Source of the DNA: an uncultured bacterium
GTDB taxonomy: Bacteria > Lernaellota > Lernaellaia > JACKCT01
Reading direction: 5' to 3'
DNA length: 64,000 nucleotides
NCBI GenBank assembly: GCA_964586775.1
Contig: CAZPJD010000225.1
Location: 464 to 64,463 of the forward strand
Part shown: positions 1 to 9,830 of the stretch, one piece after another
Layout of the letters: every line of letters begins with the position of its first letter
How positions within the stretch are numbered: position 1 is the stretch's first letter
The notes under the pieces: generated by a model
The model's database searches: none
What the model was told of the DNA's origin: nothing
The model's input: the letters and a program-made list of their open reading frames with translations, nothing else
Position numbers and translations under genes: made by a program

Positions 1-16
1 CGGAAGGGATTTTACG

Positions 17-1492
17 TCAGGAGCGTGAACAAGATCTGGAGTCAGGTTTCTCCACCCGATACACCGCGAAGCGTCCGTCGCCCGAGCGGAAGACGCGCGT
101 GAACGCGAGGCCCAGTCGCTCGGCGGAGGGCGCGTCGGGCAGACCGAGCACCGGCGCAAAATCCACGGGGTTGTCGGGCTCGTAAGCGAGCCAGCGCGCG
201 CACGGATCGTCGAGCAGCTTTCGCAGGCCGGCCTCGTCGAACGCGCCGCCGGGCCCCGGCGCGGCCAGCACCGCGCGGCCATCGCGCAGATTCGCGTGAA
301 CGAGCAGCCACCCTTGCAGGCTCGTGCCGATCACCACGCGCTCGGGGGCTCGCGGCGTCTCGCGCAAGAACGCGGCCTGCTCCACCGCCCCGCCCGGCAC
401 GGCGAAGCGCGCGTTGTCGGCCAATGTGACGAGCGTCGAGAGCCCGATGAGGATCACCGACATCCCCGACGCGATGAACTTCTCGAACCACCGGCCGTCG
501 AGCCGCCTGGCGAGCTCCGCCGCCGCCTGCGGGATCATCATGACCACGAGCGGCATGACGTACTTGGTCTCGTTCGCGCCCATCGCGCCGCGCAGGGCCT
601 GCGTCTCGAAGACCGCGAAGGTCCACGCCGCGCTCGCCATCAGCGCCCACGCCCGGCGCGCGCGACGCAGCGTGATGAACGCGGCGAGGCCCAGCAACGC
701 CGTGGGCAGCGGCGCGTCATGCGCGAGCACCGCGGGCCACGCGATCGCCCGCTCAAAAAGCGATTTGTCCGCCATGTGGATCGCCGACACGCCCTGCGAG
801 ATGCGCAGGAAGTTCAGCGGATCGCCGGTCCGCGTCCATTGCCACGCGCACCACGTGGCGGGGAACGCCGCGCACGCGGCGACGAAGGCGAGCCCCTTGC
901 TGCGCCCGCGCCATAGCGCGAGCGCGCCGAGAATCGGCAGGGCGGCCCAGATCTCGAAGCGCGTGGCCGCCGCGACGGTGAACGCGAACCCGGCGATGGC
1001 CGCGGGCGCGACGCGCTCGGGATTCGTCCACCACGCGTCCCACGCCAAAAACGCGGCCATGACGATCGCGGCGTAGGGCATCATGTCGAGCCCGACGACC
1101 GAAAGGCGGATGCCGTGAGGGTGCGCCGTGAGCAGCACGAGGGCCAGCACGGCCTCGCGCACGCCGAAGATCCGCCGCGCGAGGAGGGCTACGATCCAAA
1201 ACAGCGCGAATGACGATATGAGCGAGAGCACGCGCGGAGCGAGGATTGGATCGGGAACGGCGGCCATGATCGCGGCGGTGAGGTAGTAGCCGACGGGGCC
1301 GTAGGCGGCGTCGGGCACCACCTCGAAATTCGCGAGCCAACGCTCGACGAAGAGGCCGCGGTCGTAAGCGTTGTGATGAAAGTCGATGCCGTTGTCCGAC
1401 GCGGCGAACACCGCGAGACGCACCGCAACGTAAACGGCGAAGACGACGAACGGCGCGACGCGCCAACCCCGCCAATTCTCGTCCGGCAGCAT
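17..1492 (-). CDS. Polytopic membrane protein, glycosyltransferase family 39/ArnT-like (dolichyl-phosphate-mannose-type sugar transferase fold)
   Basis: 491-aa ORF with many hydrophobic helices over the N-terminal two thirds and a soluble C-terminal domain. The architecture resembles PMT/ArnT-type membrane glycosyltransferases. No diagnostic motif was confirmed. Confidence 0.45.
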   Translation of the reverse strand: MLPDENWRGWRVAPFVVFAVYVAVRLAVFAASDNGIDFHHNAYDRGLFVERWLANFEVVPDAAYGPVGYYLTAAIMAAVPDPILAPRVLSLISSFALFWIVALLARRIFGVREAVLALVLLTAHPHGIRLSVVGLDMMPYAAIVMAAFLAWDAWWTNPERVAPAAIAGFAFTVAAATRFEIWAALPILGALALWRGRSKGLAFVAACAAFPATWCAWQWTRTGDPLNFLRISQGVSAIHMADKSLFERAIAWPAVLAHDAPLPTALLGLAAFITLRRARRAWALMASAAWTFAVFETQALRGAMGANETKYVMPLVVMMIPQAAAELARRLDGRWFEKFIASGMSVILIGLSTLVTLADNARFAVPGGAVEQAAFLRETPRAPERVVIGTSLQGWLLVHANLRDGRAVLAAPGPGGAFDEAGLRKLLDDPCARWLAYEPDNPVDFAPVLGLPDAPSAERLGLAFTRVFRSGDGRFAVYRVEKPDSRSCSRS

Positions 1493-1511
1493 TACGCCAT
1501 CCCGGCCCGGG

Positions 1512-2372
1512 TCATGCGGGCGATCCGGTGAGGTGATCGCGCAGCGCCTCGCGCCACGGGCGCATCGCGTATCCGGTCTCGCGCGTGAACCGCGAGCCGT
1601 CGAGCACCGAGTAGGCTGGGCGTTTCGCCTTGGTGGGATAGCGATCGCTCGAGCAGGCGACGACCTCGACGCCGTCGATGCCCGCGAATTCCACCACCGC
1701 GCACGCGAGGTCGTACCACGTCGCGAGCCCGGCGTTGACGATGTGGTAGATGCCCGACCCGTGGCCGTGCAGGACGCGCACGATCGCCTCGGCGAGATCC
1801 GCCGCGTAAGTGGGGCAGCCCGTTTGATCGTTCACCACCTCGAGCCGCGCCTGCTCGCGCGCCTTGCGCCGGATGGTGTCGACGAAGTTGCGTCCCAATC
1901 GCCCGTAGAGCCACGCCGTGCGGACGATGACCGCGTTTTGTGCGCCCGCGTCCATCACCGCGCGCTCGCCGTCGAGTTTCGATTGCGCGTAGATCGAAAT
2001 GGGATTCGGCAGGACGTCTTCCGTGATCGGCGCACTCGCCGTTCCGTCGAACACGTAGTCGGTGGAGATGTGCACCAAACGCCCGCTCTTTTTCGCGCAC
2101 GCGCGGGCGAGATGAGCCGGGATATCGACGTTGGCGCGCCTGGCGGCGTCGAGATTCGCCGGGTCTTCCGCGCCCTCGACGTCGGTGTATCCGGCGCAAT
2201 TGATGACCACGCCGGGCCGCAGGTCGTCCATCAACCAAGCGACGGTTTTCTCGTCGGCGAGGTCGCCGTCGGCGAGGTCCCATTCGACGGCGTTGTGACG
2301 ATAGTGTCGCAGCGCGAGAACCACCGCCCGCCCCAGCATGCCCCGCGATCCCGTGACCAGAACCCGCGTCAT
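1512..2372 (-). CDS. rmlD: dTDP-4-dehydrorhamnose reductase
   Basis: 286 aa. N-terminal Rossmann motif VLVTGSRGMLG. The length and conserved blocks (YxxxK region, STDYVFDG) are typical of RmlD/RfbD. Confidence 0.85.
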   Translation of the reverse strand: MTRVLVTGSRGMLGRAVVLALRHYRHNAVEWDLADGDLADEKTVAWLMDDLRPGVVINCAGYTDVEGAEDPANLDAARRANVDIPAHLARACAKKSGRLVHISTDYVFDGTASAPITEDVLPNPISIYAQSKLDGERAVMDAGAQNAVIVRTAWLYGRLGRNFVDTIRRKAREQARLEVVNDQTGCPTYAADLAEAIVRVLHGHGSGIYHIVNAGLATWYDLACAVVEFAGIDGVEVVACSSDRYPTKAKRPAYSVLDGSRFTRETGYAMRPWREALRDHLTGSPA

Positions 2373-2660
2373 GACCTCACCGCATCCCGCGTCATGGCCT
2401 CACCGCGCCGCGCTTCATCGCGCCCCCGCGCCCGTTCGTGTTTCGAATGCCCGAAAGTCGTCGCGATTATAGTTCATCGCGTGGATTTTGCACGGTGGTT
2501 TCGCGACGATCGATCCGCGCTCCAGGTGATCGATGACTTCCCGCGGGTCCGGCACATCGCCCCTATCGCCACGTACGTCCGTTATGCTAGTTTTGAACGC
2601 CTGTTCGACGACGCGAGTGATGAACCGGGTCGTCCCCCTGCGCGGATGGAGGATGTTGTC

Positions 2661-4712
2661 ATGTCCCGCAAAGCGGCGGCGCTGGCCGTCATGTTGACCG
2701 TTCTGGCCGTGTGCGCGGCCGTTTTCCTGGCGTCGCCCCGGGACGACCTCGCGGCGGCGGACGTTTTCGCCAACGGCGCGATCGGCCCGCACGCGATGGA
2801 CCCCGTCCACCCGGTCGTGTTGCCCGCTCCCCAGTGGCCGCCGCGCGTCGTGAGCGCGTTTCCCAACACGTCGTACTTCTACGCCTTCGACAAGATCTAC
2901 CTGTTCGGCTACATCGATGGCACGACCTACACGCTCTACAACGCGGGCGGATCGCCGATCCAGAGCGGCACGCTCAACGACGGCGAGCACGTCGAGTTCG
3001 CCATCCTCACGGGTGTGTATCGCCTCGACGCCTCTGACCTGATCGCCGTGCTCGTGGGCAACGCCGACAACAACATCGTCGGTTACTACGCCGTCAACGA
3101 ACACTCGCTCGCCGTGGGCAACAAGTTCTACAGCTACCAGTACGCCAGCGGCCCCGACATGAAGCAGATCGCGTTCGCCTATCAGAACGGCACGACGATC
3201 CAGGCGTTCAACATGAACACCGGCGCTTCGCTCGGCACCACCACGATCAACGCGGGCGAGCACTGGGTGCTCAACACCGTTGCGAGCCGAAACAAGTACA
3301 TCAAGACGATCGCCGACAAGCCGATCTCGATCCTGAATTTCAGCGACATCGGTTACGCCGTGCCCGCGTCGACGGGCCTGTTCTCGGGCAAGCTCTTCCT
3401 GGGATACGCGGGATCGACGAGCGGCGACGGCGACGTGGTCGTGTCGAGCTTTACCGACGGCAACACCGTGACCGTGACGAACTCCACCACGAACGCCGTC
3501 ATCTTCACCGGCACGCTCGATCGCGGCGAGATGTGGCGGCAGACCTTTGCCGACATGTACTTCAAGGTCGAGTCGTCGGCCAACGTGTCGGTGAGCGTCG
3601 TGCCCTACATCGGCGCGGCGGGCGATTACCACTACATGTCCATCGCGTCGGACGACGTGGGCACGCGCATCGGCATCGATTTCTACTTCACCACCGTGAA
3701 CGGCCAGATCGACGTCTTCGCGTACGAGGACGCGACCAACGTCACCGTCACGGATACGCGCGGCACGGTGGACCCCGGCGACGACCTCGTGGCGTGGTCG
3801 GGCGCGCTCGATCAGGGCGGCCACCAGATGGTGACGTCGTACATGACGCAGTGGCACGTCGCGGCCGACAAAGGCGTGTCGGTGTTCACGAGCTTCGGAA
3901 CGCAGGCGGGTTCGGAGTTCATCCCGCTCTACGGCATCATCCTCGAGTGCGACAACGACGGCGACGGCCACGACGGGCCGCAGTGCGACGGCGACGATTG
4001 CAACGACTGGGACGACACGATCTATCCCGGCGCCGAGGAGATCAACTGCGATCGCATCGATCAGGACTGCGACGGAGAGGACCAGTGCCTGTGCGAAGGT
4101 CCCGAAGACTGCGACGACGGCATCTTCTGCAACGGCGCGGAAGAGTGCGACACGCAGACCGGGCTTTGCGGGCCGGGCGATTTCCCGTGTCCCGACGACG
4201 GCCTGTATTGCACCGGCCGCGAGCAGTGCAACGAAACGACGGACACGTGCGAGCAAAAGCAGGTGCCGAACTGCCCGGACGACGGCGCGTACTGCAACGG
4301 CGACGAGCTGTGTGACGAAGACCTCGACATGTGCGGTCACACCGGCAATCCGTGCCCCGACGACGGAGTGTTCTGCAACGGCTACGAGGAGTGCAACGAG
4401 CTGTCCGACCTGTGCGAGACGAACGTCGTGTGTGAAGACGACGGCGCGTTCTGCAACGGCGCGGAGACGTGCAACGAAGAGGCCCAGACCTGCGACCACG
4501 AGGGCAATCCCTGCCCCTCGGGCGAAATCTGTCTGGAAGACACGGACGAGTGCCTCGCCGGGGACGATGACGACATCGAGCCGCCGGCCGACGATGACGA
4601 AGAAGATCCCGGTCCGACGCCCGCCGGCGAAAAGGAAGAGGATGCGGGCTGGCCCGAGGGTCAGGTGACCGGCGGCTGCTGCGGTTGCGGAGACAACGGC
4701 ACGGACGACTGA
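2661..4712 (+). CDS. Secreted protein with N-terminal signal peptide, central beta-rich domain and six C-terminal Myxococcus-type cysteine-rich repeats (CPDDGxxCNGxExC); acidic tail ending GGCCGCGDNGTDD
   Basis: Start fixed by back-counting 683 codons from the stop at 4710-4712. The N-terminus is hydrophobic (MSRKAAALAVMLTVLAVCAAVFLA). The repeated Cys spacing CxDDGxxCNGxExC occurs 6 times between aa 430 and 630. Confidence 0.7.
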   Translation: MSRKAAALAVMLTVLAVCAAVFLASPRDDLAAADVFANGAIGPHAMDPVHPVVLPAPQWPPRVVSAFPNTSYFYAFDKIYLFGYIDGTTYTLYNAGGSPIQSGTLNDGEHVEFAILTGVYRLDASDLIAVLVGNADNNIVGYYAVNEHSLAVGNKFYSYQYASGPDMKQIAFAYQNGTTIQAFNMNTGASLGTTTINAGEHWVLNTVASRNKYIKTIADKPISILNFSDIGYAVPASTGLFSGKLFLGYAGSTSGDGDVVVSSFTDGNTVTVTNSTTNAVIFTGTLDRGEMWRQTFADMYFKVESSANVSVSVVPYIGAAGDYHYMSIASDDVGTRIGIDFYFTTVNGQIDVFAYEDATNVTVTDTRGTVDPGDDLVAWSGALDQGGHQMVTSYMTQWHVAADKGVSVFTSFGTQAGSEFIPLYGIILECDNDGDGHDGPQCDGDDCNDWDDTIYPGAEEINCDRIDQDCDGEDQCLCEGPEDCDDGIFCNGAEECDTQTGLCGPGDFPCPDDGLYCTGREQCNETTDTCEQKQVPNCPDDGAYCNGDELCDEDLDMCGHTGNPCPDDGVFCNGYEECNELSDLCETNVVCEDDGAFCNGAETCNEEAQTCDHEGNPCPSGEICLEDTDECLAGDDDDIEPPADDDEEDPGPTPAGEKEEDAGWPEGQVTGGCCGCGDNGTDD

Positions 4713-4741
4713 ACGTCAGCCGAATTCGACTCGATCGAAGA

Positions 4742-4775
4742 GACGGCGTCCCCTTGGGGCCGCCGTTTCCTTTGA
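4742..4775. terminator. Putative bidirectional rho-independent terminator between convergent genes
   Basis: Imperfect GC-rich hairpin acggcgtcccc/ggggccgccgt followed by a T-rich stretch (ttcctttg). It lies between the + gene ending 4712 and the - gene ending 4785. Confidence 0.3.
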
Positions 4776-4784
4776 GAGCGGCGA

Positions 4785-5771
4785 CTACAAATCCAGCACC
4801 GTCTTAAAGTGCTCGTAGATCTTGCGGTTCGCGTACGATGGAAATCCGATCGAGGTGTAGTGCGTGAGCGGCATGAAGTGGACCGTGGGCTTGCCGTAGG
4901 TGTCGCGCGTTTTCAGCACGAGCTCGCGCGGGATGATGTCGTCGATCGCGCCGTTCACCATCACGAGCCGCGCGGGGTCGATGCGGTCGGCGTAGCGCGC
5001 GGGGTCAACGGGGCCAAAGGCCGGCTCCACCGCGGCGCGAAGCTGCGCGGGCGTGATGTTCTCGCGCTCCATCACCGCGTCGCGCAGCTTGTACACGCGT
5101 GAAAACCCGCTCTCGGCCACGATGTCGGACAGGTGCGCGCCGGTGACCAGAAACCCCGCCGCCTCGACACGCCCGTCGGATTCCATCGTCAGCGCGCCGA
5201 TGATGCCGCCGAGCGAAATGCCCATCACGGCCGTCTTGTTCTTGTCCACGTATGGCAGCGTGTCGAGGTAATCGATCGCCCGGCGCGCGTCGATCACCGC
5301 CTGCCGAATCTGCATGGCGCTGTATTCGAGCGGCTTGTCAGGCTTAAAAAACGTTTCGCGCCGACGCAGCGCGATGACCGTGAAACCGCGTTCGGCGAAA
5401 TACTCGGCGTAGGGTTTGACGATATCATAGGGACCGCCCGTCGGCGGCAGCAGCACCAGCGCGGGAGTCTGCTTGTTCTCGTCCTTGGGCGAATAGAAAA
5501 ACGCCTTCGCGTTCTTCTCCTTCATCTTCTCCATGTCGCGCGCGCGCCATTTGAGGCCGCGTTCGACGTATTTGCCGTGGTCCTTCGTCTTGCCATCGAT
5601 GACGGGCGCAATCGGGTTCGCGCGGTCGTAGGCGAACTCGGGAATCTCCTCGCGCGCGAGCGCCGGCGGCGACGCGGCCATCGTCCCCTCGAAGCGGTAC
5701 GTGGCGCATCCCGACGCGAGCGCGGCAACGGCGAGCGCGAAGACGAACGAAACTCCCGCAAGACGGCGCAT
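4785..5771 (-). CDS. Lipoprotein, alpha/beta hydrolase (dienelactone-hydrolase/esterase-like)
   Basis: Lipobox LASGC after the signal peptide. Nucleophile elbow GISLGG (GxSxG). 328 aa. Confidence 0.65.
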   Translation of the reverse strand: MRRLAGVSFVFALAVAALASGCATYRFEGTMAASPPALAREEIPEFAYDRANPIAPVIDGKTKDHGKYVERGLKWRARDMEKMKEKNAKAFFYSPKDENKQTPALVLLPPTGGPYDIVKPYAEYFAERGFTVIALRRRETFFKPDKPLEYSAMQIRQAVIDARRAIDYLDTLPYVDKNKTAVMGISLGGIIGALTMESDGRVEAAGFLVTGAHLSDIVAESGFSRVYKLRDAVMERENITPAQLRAAVEPAFGPVDPARYADRIDPARLVMVNGAIDDIIPRELVLKTRDTYGKPTVHFMPLTHYTSIGFPSYANRKIYEHFKTVLDL

Positions 5772-5855
5772 GGGTGATCCCCCGAATGTGCGCGCACGTT
5801 AGCAAAGGAACGCGCCCGGCGACAACCGACGCGCGGTCCGCCGTGTCGATTCGCG

Positions 5856-5885
5856 TTGACACCGAAAAAACGCGCGTGATATGAA
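5856..5885 (+). promoter_or_regulatory. Putative sigma70-type promoter for the parA-like operon (TTGACA-N18-TATGAA)
   Basis: TTGACA at about 5856-5861 and TATGAA at about 5880-5885, roughly 36 nt upstream of the 5922 start. The intergenic region is divergent. Confidence 0.3.
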
Positions 5886-5921
5886 TCGCCGTCTTTCCTC
5901 TCCGGCGGGATTTTCCAGAGC

Positions 5922-6725
5922 ATGGCGGTCATCTCGATCACCAATCAAAAGGGCGGTGTCGGCAAAACGACCACGGCGATCAACCTGGGCGCCGGGCTCG
6001 CCCGCAAGGGCCTGCGCGTGCTGATCGTCGATCTCGACGCCCAGTGCAACGCCACGCAGTTCCTGTACCGCCGACTCGAGGATGACGAGCCGGGCGTGTG
6101 CGAGGCGCTGCTCGAGGAACGCCCCCTCGCAAAGATCGTCGTGAAGACCAATGTGGAGGGCCTCGATCTCGCCCCCGCCGGCGAAAGTCTCGCCAACGCC
6201 GATCTCAACCTCGCGAGCCTGATGGGGCGCGAGCGCTACCTGGCGAATCTGCTGGAAGACAAGACCCTGCGCGCGTACGACCACATCCTCATCGACACCG
6301 GCCCCTATCTGGGGCTGCTCACCATCAACGCCTTCGTCGCCTCCGACGCGCTGATCGTGCCGGTGAGCTGCGAATATCTGCCGCTCCTCGGGCTCAAGTT
6401 CCTGCTCGAAACCGTGGACAAGGTGAAACGCAAGCTGCACCCCGATCTCGAGATCCTGGGATTCCTGCTGACCATGGTGGACCGGCGCGAAAAAATCACG
6501 GGCGAGGTCGAGCAGGTGATGGCGAGCCGGTTCGGGGATCGGTTGTTTCAGACCCGGATTCGGATTAATACCAAGCACAAGAGCGCGCCGCACGCCCGGG
6601 AGACGATCTTCCAGTATGAGGGTTCAGCCTCGGGGAAAGGGACGCAGGATTTTGCGGCCCTGACCGAAGAGGTGCTCGCGCGTCTCGATGGAGGCAAGAC
6701 CCGTCATGGCCAAAAAGCCCGGTAG
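5922..6725 (+). CDS. ParA/MinD-family ATPase (orphan ParA-like, no ParB adjacent)
   Basis: Deviant Walker A NQKGGVGKTT near the N-terminus. ParA/Soj-like length (267 aa). Confidence 0.85.
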   Translation: MAVISITNQKGGVGKTTTAINLGAGLARKGLRVLIVDLDAQCNATQFLYRRLEDDEPGVCEALLEERPLAKIVVKTNVEGLDLAPAGESLANADLNLASLMGRERYLANLLEDKTLRAYDHILIDTGPYLGLLTINAFVASDALIVPVSCEYLPLLGLKFLLETVDKVKRKLHPDLEILGFLLTMVDRREKITGEVEQVMASRFGDRLFQTRIRINTKHKSAPHARETIFQYEGSASGKGTQDFAALTEEVLARLDGGKTRHGQKAR

Positions 6726-7374
6726 CAAAGGCTTCGATTCCATCTTCGACGCGACCGACGCCAAGTCGGCCAAGTCGGCGCGCGCGCGCCGGACGACCGC
6801 CAAGTCGACCCCGCCGGCCGCGTCCGCCGCGTCTGCCGCCCACGCGGCCGAGGCCAAGCCCGCGAACGGCAACGGCAACGGCAACGGATTCGAGCCCTAC
6901 GAACTCGATCGCTTCTCGGTGGTGAAAACCCTGCTCAAGACGCACGAAGACGAGGTGATCTACCGCAAGACCAAGGAAGACCGCCTGCTCATCACGGGCA
7001 TCTCCCTCGTCGCGGGCGTCGCCATCGGCGCGTTCCTCATCCGCGCTTTGTGCGGTGGCTGCGCGGGAAGCTGGATCTATTCGTTCCTCTTCCGCGTCTT
7101 TTTCTCGCTCATGGTCGGCCTCACGGGCTTCACCATCGCGGCCATGATGGAACTCAACCGCACGCGCTTGCAGGACCTGCTCGCGATCGTCGTGAAGATC
7201 CACGAACAGTTCCGGCTCTTCGACGACGGCGTGTACGACAAGTCCGGCTCGGCGTTTCTGCCCAGCACCTACAAGTTCGTCGGCAGCATCAACGACGACG
7301 AGACCAACTACGCACTTCTCGTTTTGAAGGTCGCCTCGGTCATCACGGCCGTTTTCGTCCTCTTGTTCGTCTGA
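6706..7374 (+). CDS. Membrane protein with basic, Ala/Lys-rich disordered N-terminal tail and GNGNGNG tract; putative ParA partner
   Basis: The ATG lies 20 nt inside the parA 3' end, indicating translational coupling. The N-terminal 70 aa are basic and low-complexity. Three or four predicted TM helices follow. No known family recognised. Confidence 0.55.
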   Translation: MAKKPGSKGFDSIFDATDAKSAKSARARRTTAKSTPPAASAASAAHAAEAKPANGNGNGNGFEPYELDRFSVVKTLLKTHEDEVIYRKTKEDRLLITGISLVAGVAIGAFLIRALCGGCAGSWIYSFLFRVFFSLMVGLTGFTIAAMMELNRTRLQDLLAIVVKIHEQFRLFDDGVYDKSGSAFLPSTYKFVGSINDDETNYALLVLKVASVITAVFVLLFV

Positions 7375-7438
7375 TCGCAGCGCCGCCGCCAAGGACCGCC
7401 GGGCTCGATCGGGCACCGGCGGTTTTCATTGGGACGCC

Positions 7439-9781
7439 ATGACGGATCGCGAAGCGCATTCCGATTCCCCGGCCCGTCGCGCCCCGCGCGCGTTCGGGGT
7501 GTGGTGCGTCGCGACGGGCGTCCTCACCGCGGTACAGCTCGCGCTGCCACTCGTCGGCGTGCCCGGTTACGAGGCCGCCCAAATCCAGACGATCTGGTTC
7601 GCCGTCGCCGCGGGTCACATCGCCATCGCGTGGGCAAGGCATCGCTCGAACACGCCCCTGCTCGCGACCGCCGCGACCGCCGCGCTGGCGACCGCGCTCG
7701 TCTGGCTGGCGTGCGTCGCGGCGCTGTTCGGCGCGGGATTCGCGCGCGGCGCATGCGACGCATCGCGCGACGTGTGGTGGTTTCTCATTCTGCCCGGCCC
7801 GGCCATTGCGCTGGGCGCGGCGTGGGGCGCGTTTCTGGCATCGCTCGGGCTTTCCGGTCGCCGAACGCACCTCGCTTATGTCGCCGTCGTCGCCGTCCAT
7901 CTCGCGTGGGAGCTCGCCGGCATCCGCACGCAGCCGATGACCTTTTCCTACAACGCGCTCCTCGGCTACTTCCCGGGACCGGTGTACGACCGCGCGGTGC
8001 GCATCGGCGCGACGCTTGCCGCCTCACGCGCGCTCGGCCTTTCCGAGGCGACGGCGCTCTTCGCACTGGCGGCCCTCGTCGAAGGAAAGCGCGGGCGAAA
8101 AGCCCTCGCCGCCGCGCCGGTTGCGTCGTTCGCGGCAGGTTTCGTCGCGGCGGTCGCGCTCGCGATCGTCGGACCGACCCTCGACGCCTCGACCGATCGC
8201 GCGAAGATCGACGCCACCCTCGGCGCGATTGCCCGCGGGCCGAACGTGACGATGCACTTCCCCGAGGATACGCCGCCGGACGAGGCGCGGCTGTTGCTCA
8301 TCGACCTCGAGCACCGGTTTACGCGCCAGGCGCGGTGGCTCGGCCTCGCCGAGCCCGAGCCCGTCGATGCGTACTACTACCGCTCGGCCCGCGAAAAGAA
8401 GCGGCTGACCGGCGCGGGCGACACGCAGTGGGCGAGTTGCTGGAACCGCGAGATGCACATGACGATCGAGCGGCCGCCGCACTCGGTTCTCAAGCACGAG
8501 GTCGTGCACGTGCTGGCCGAGCCGTGGGGAATTCCGGGGCTGGGGTTCTCGCGCGTGCTCGGCCTCACCGAAGGGCTCGCCGTCGCGTCCGAGGTCTGGC
8601 GCGAGGACTGGACGATCCCGTATTGGGCCGCCGCGATGAAATCCGTCGGCCGTCTGCCCGATCTCGCCGACATCTCGGGGCCCACGGGCTTCTGGCGACT
8701 TTCCGGCACACGCAGCTACCTCGCGTGGGGCGGGTTCCTCACGTGGCTGCGCGAGCGTCATTCGAACGACGCCATTGCGCGCGTGTATCGCACGGGCGAC
8801 TTTCGCGAGGCGTTCGGCAAGAGCCTTCGCGAGCTGGTGGACGAGTGGGAATCGTCGCTCGATGCGATTCGGGTCCCGCCCGATCTCCTCCGCGTCGCGG
8901 CGTATCGATTCTTCCGACCGTCTCTCTTCGAGGGCCGCTGCGCGCGAACCGTCGGCACGCTGGAAGAAGACGGCGCACGGGCGCTCGACGCGGGGCGCGC
9001 GCAAAAGTCGGTGCGTCTTTTCGCCGATGCGCTCGAACTTTCCGGCGGCGATTCGCGCAACCGGCGCGACTTCATGGCGGCCCTCGTGTCGGCGCGGAGA
9101 CTCGACCAGGCCGAGCGCGAGGCCGCAGAAATCTTCGCCGCGGAGGGCGCGGAGTTTTTCGCGACGCCCGAGCCTGGCAAGCCCGTTCACGGCAATCTGC
9201 TCGCGGCGACGCAGGCCCGGCTCACGCAGGCCGCCCTCGCGTGGCGTCGCGGAGATCGCGAATCCGCGCGGCGGTTTTACGAAGACGTGCGCGCATTCGG
9301 TGTGGGCGACGCGAATCGACGCGAGGCAATCGTGGCGCTTGACGCGCTCGGTTCCGCCGCGATCGAGCCGATGATTCGCCGCTATCTGGTGGAGCCCGAT
9401 GCCGAGGGCGCGCGTTGGCACGATCTGCACGCGGCGCTGGATGCCCGGCCCGATGACGCGGTGGCGCGTTACCTGCTCGGGCGCAGGCTCTACGGCGCGC
9501 GACGGTTTGACGACGCGGTGACGCACCTCGATGCCGCGCTCACGCTCGGTTTGCCGGACGACGCGCTGACGCGCGAGGCGTGGCGCACGCTGGGCCGCGC
9601 ACACTACGAGGCCGGGCGATTCGAGGACGCGGCGGTGGTGTTCACCGAGCGCCGACCCGCGAGTCTGTCGGAGGGTGCGCGCAAAGACGCCGACGAGTGG
9701 ATCGACCGCTGCCTGTTCGCCGCGACGTTCCCCGAAACCGTTTCGATCGAAAACGTCGGTGGAATGGGCGACGACGACTGA
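7439..9781 (+). CDS. Polytopic membrane protein with HExxH (gluzincin-like) metallopeptidase-type motif and C-terminal TPR-like repeats
   Basis: The N-terminal 260 aa are multi-TM. The motif HEVVHVL appears at about aa 365. The C-terminal third is helical and repeat-like (TPR-type). 780 aa. Confidence 0.55.
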   Translation: MTDREAHSDSPARRAPRAFGVWCVATGVLTAVQLALPLVGVPGYEAAQIQTIWFAVAAGHIAIAWARHRSNTPLLATAATAALATALVWLACVAALFGAGFARGACDASRDVWWFLILPGPAIALGAAWGAFLASLGLSGRRTHLAYVAVVAVHLAWELAGIRTQPMTFSYNALLGYFPGPVYDRAVRIGATLAASRALGLSEATALFALAALVEGKRGRKALAAAPVASFAAGFVAAVALAIVGPTLDASTDRAKIDATLGAIARGPNVTMHFPEDTPPDEARLLLIDLEHRFTRQARWLGLAEPEPVDAYYYRSAREKKRLTGAGDTQWASCWNREMHMTIERPPHSVLKHEVVHVLAEPWGIPGLGFSRVLGLTEGLAVASEVWREDWTIPYWAAAMKSVGRLPDLADISGPTGFWRLSGTRSYLAWGGFLTWLRERHSNDAIARVYRTGDFREAFGKSLRELVDEWESSLDAIRVPPDLLRVAAYRFFRPSLFEGRCARTVGTLEEDGARALDAGRAQKSVRLFADALELSGGDSRNRRDFMAALVSARRLDQAEREAAEIFAAEGAEFFATPEPGKPVHGNLLAATQARLTQAALAWRRGDRESARRFYEDVRAFGVGDANRREAIVALDALGSAAIEPMIRRYLVEPDAEGARWHDLHAALDARPDDAVARYLLGRRLYGARRFDDAVTHLDAALTLGLPDDALTREAWRTLGRAHYEAGRFEDAAVVFTERRPASLSEGARKDADEWIDRCLFAATFPETVSIENVGGMGDDD

Positions 9782-9830
9782 CGGTTCGCCCCTTGCCGCC
9801 GCGCGGCCCGTTCGATAACGTCCGAGACGC

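Noticed and set aside
2415-4499. 694-aa minus-strand ORF opposite the secreted Cys-repeat protein
   Set aside because: It is an antisense artefact of high GC. No motifs, and it is fully overlapped by a coherent + strand gene with signal peptide and repeats.
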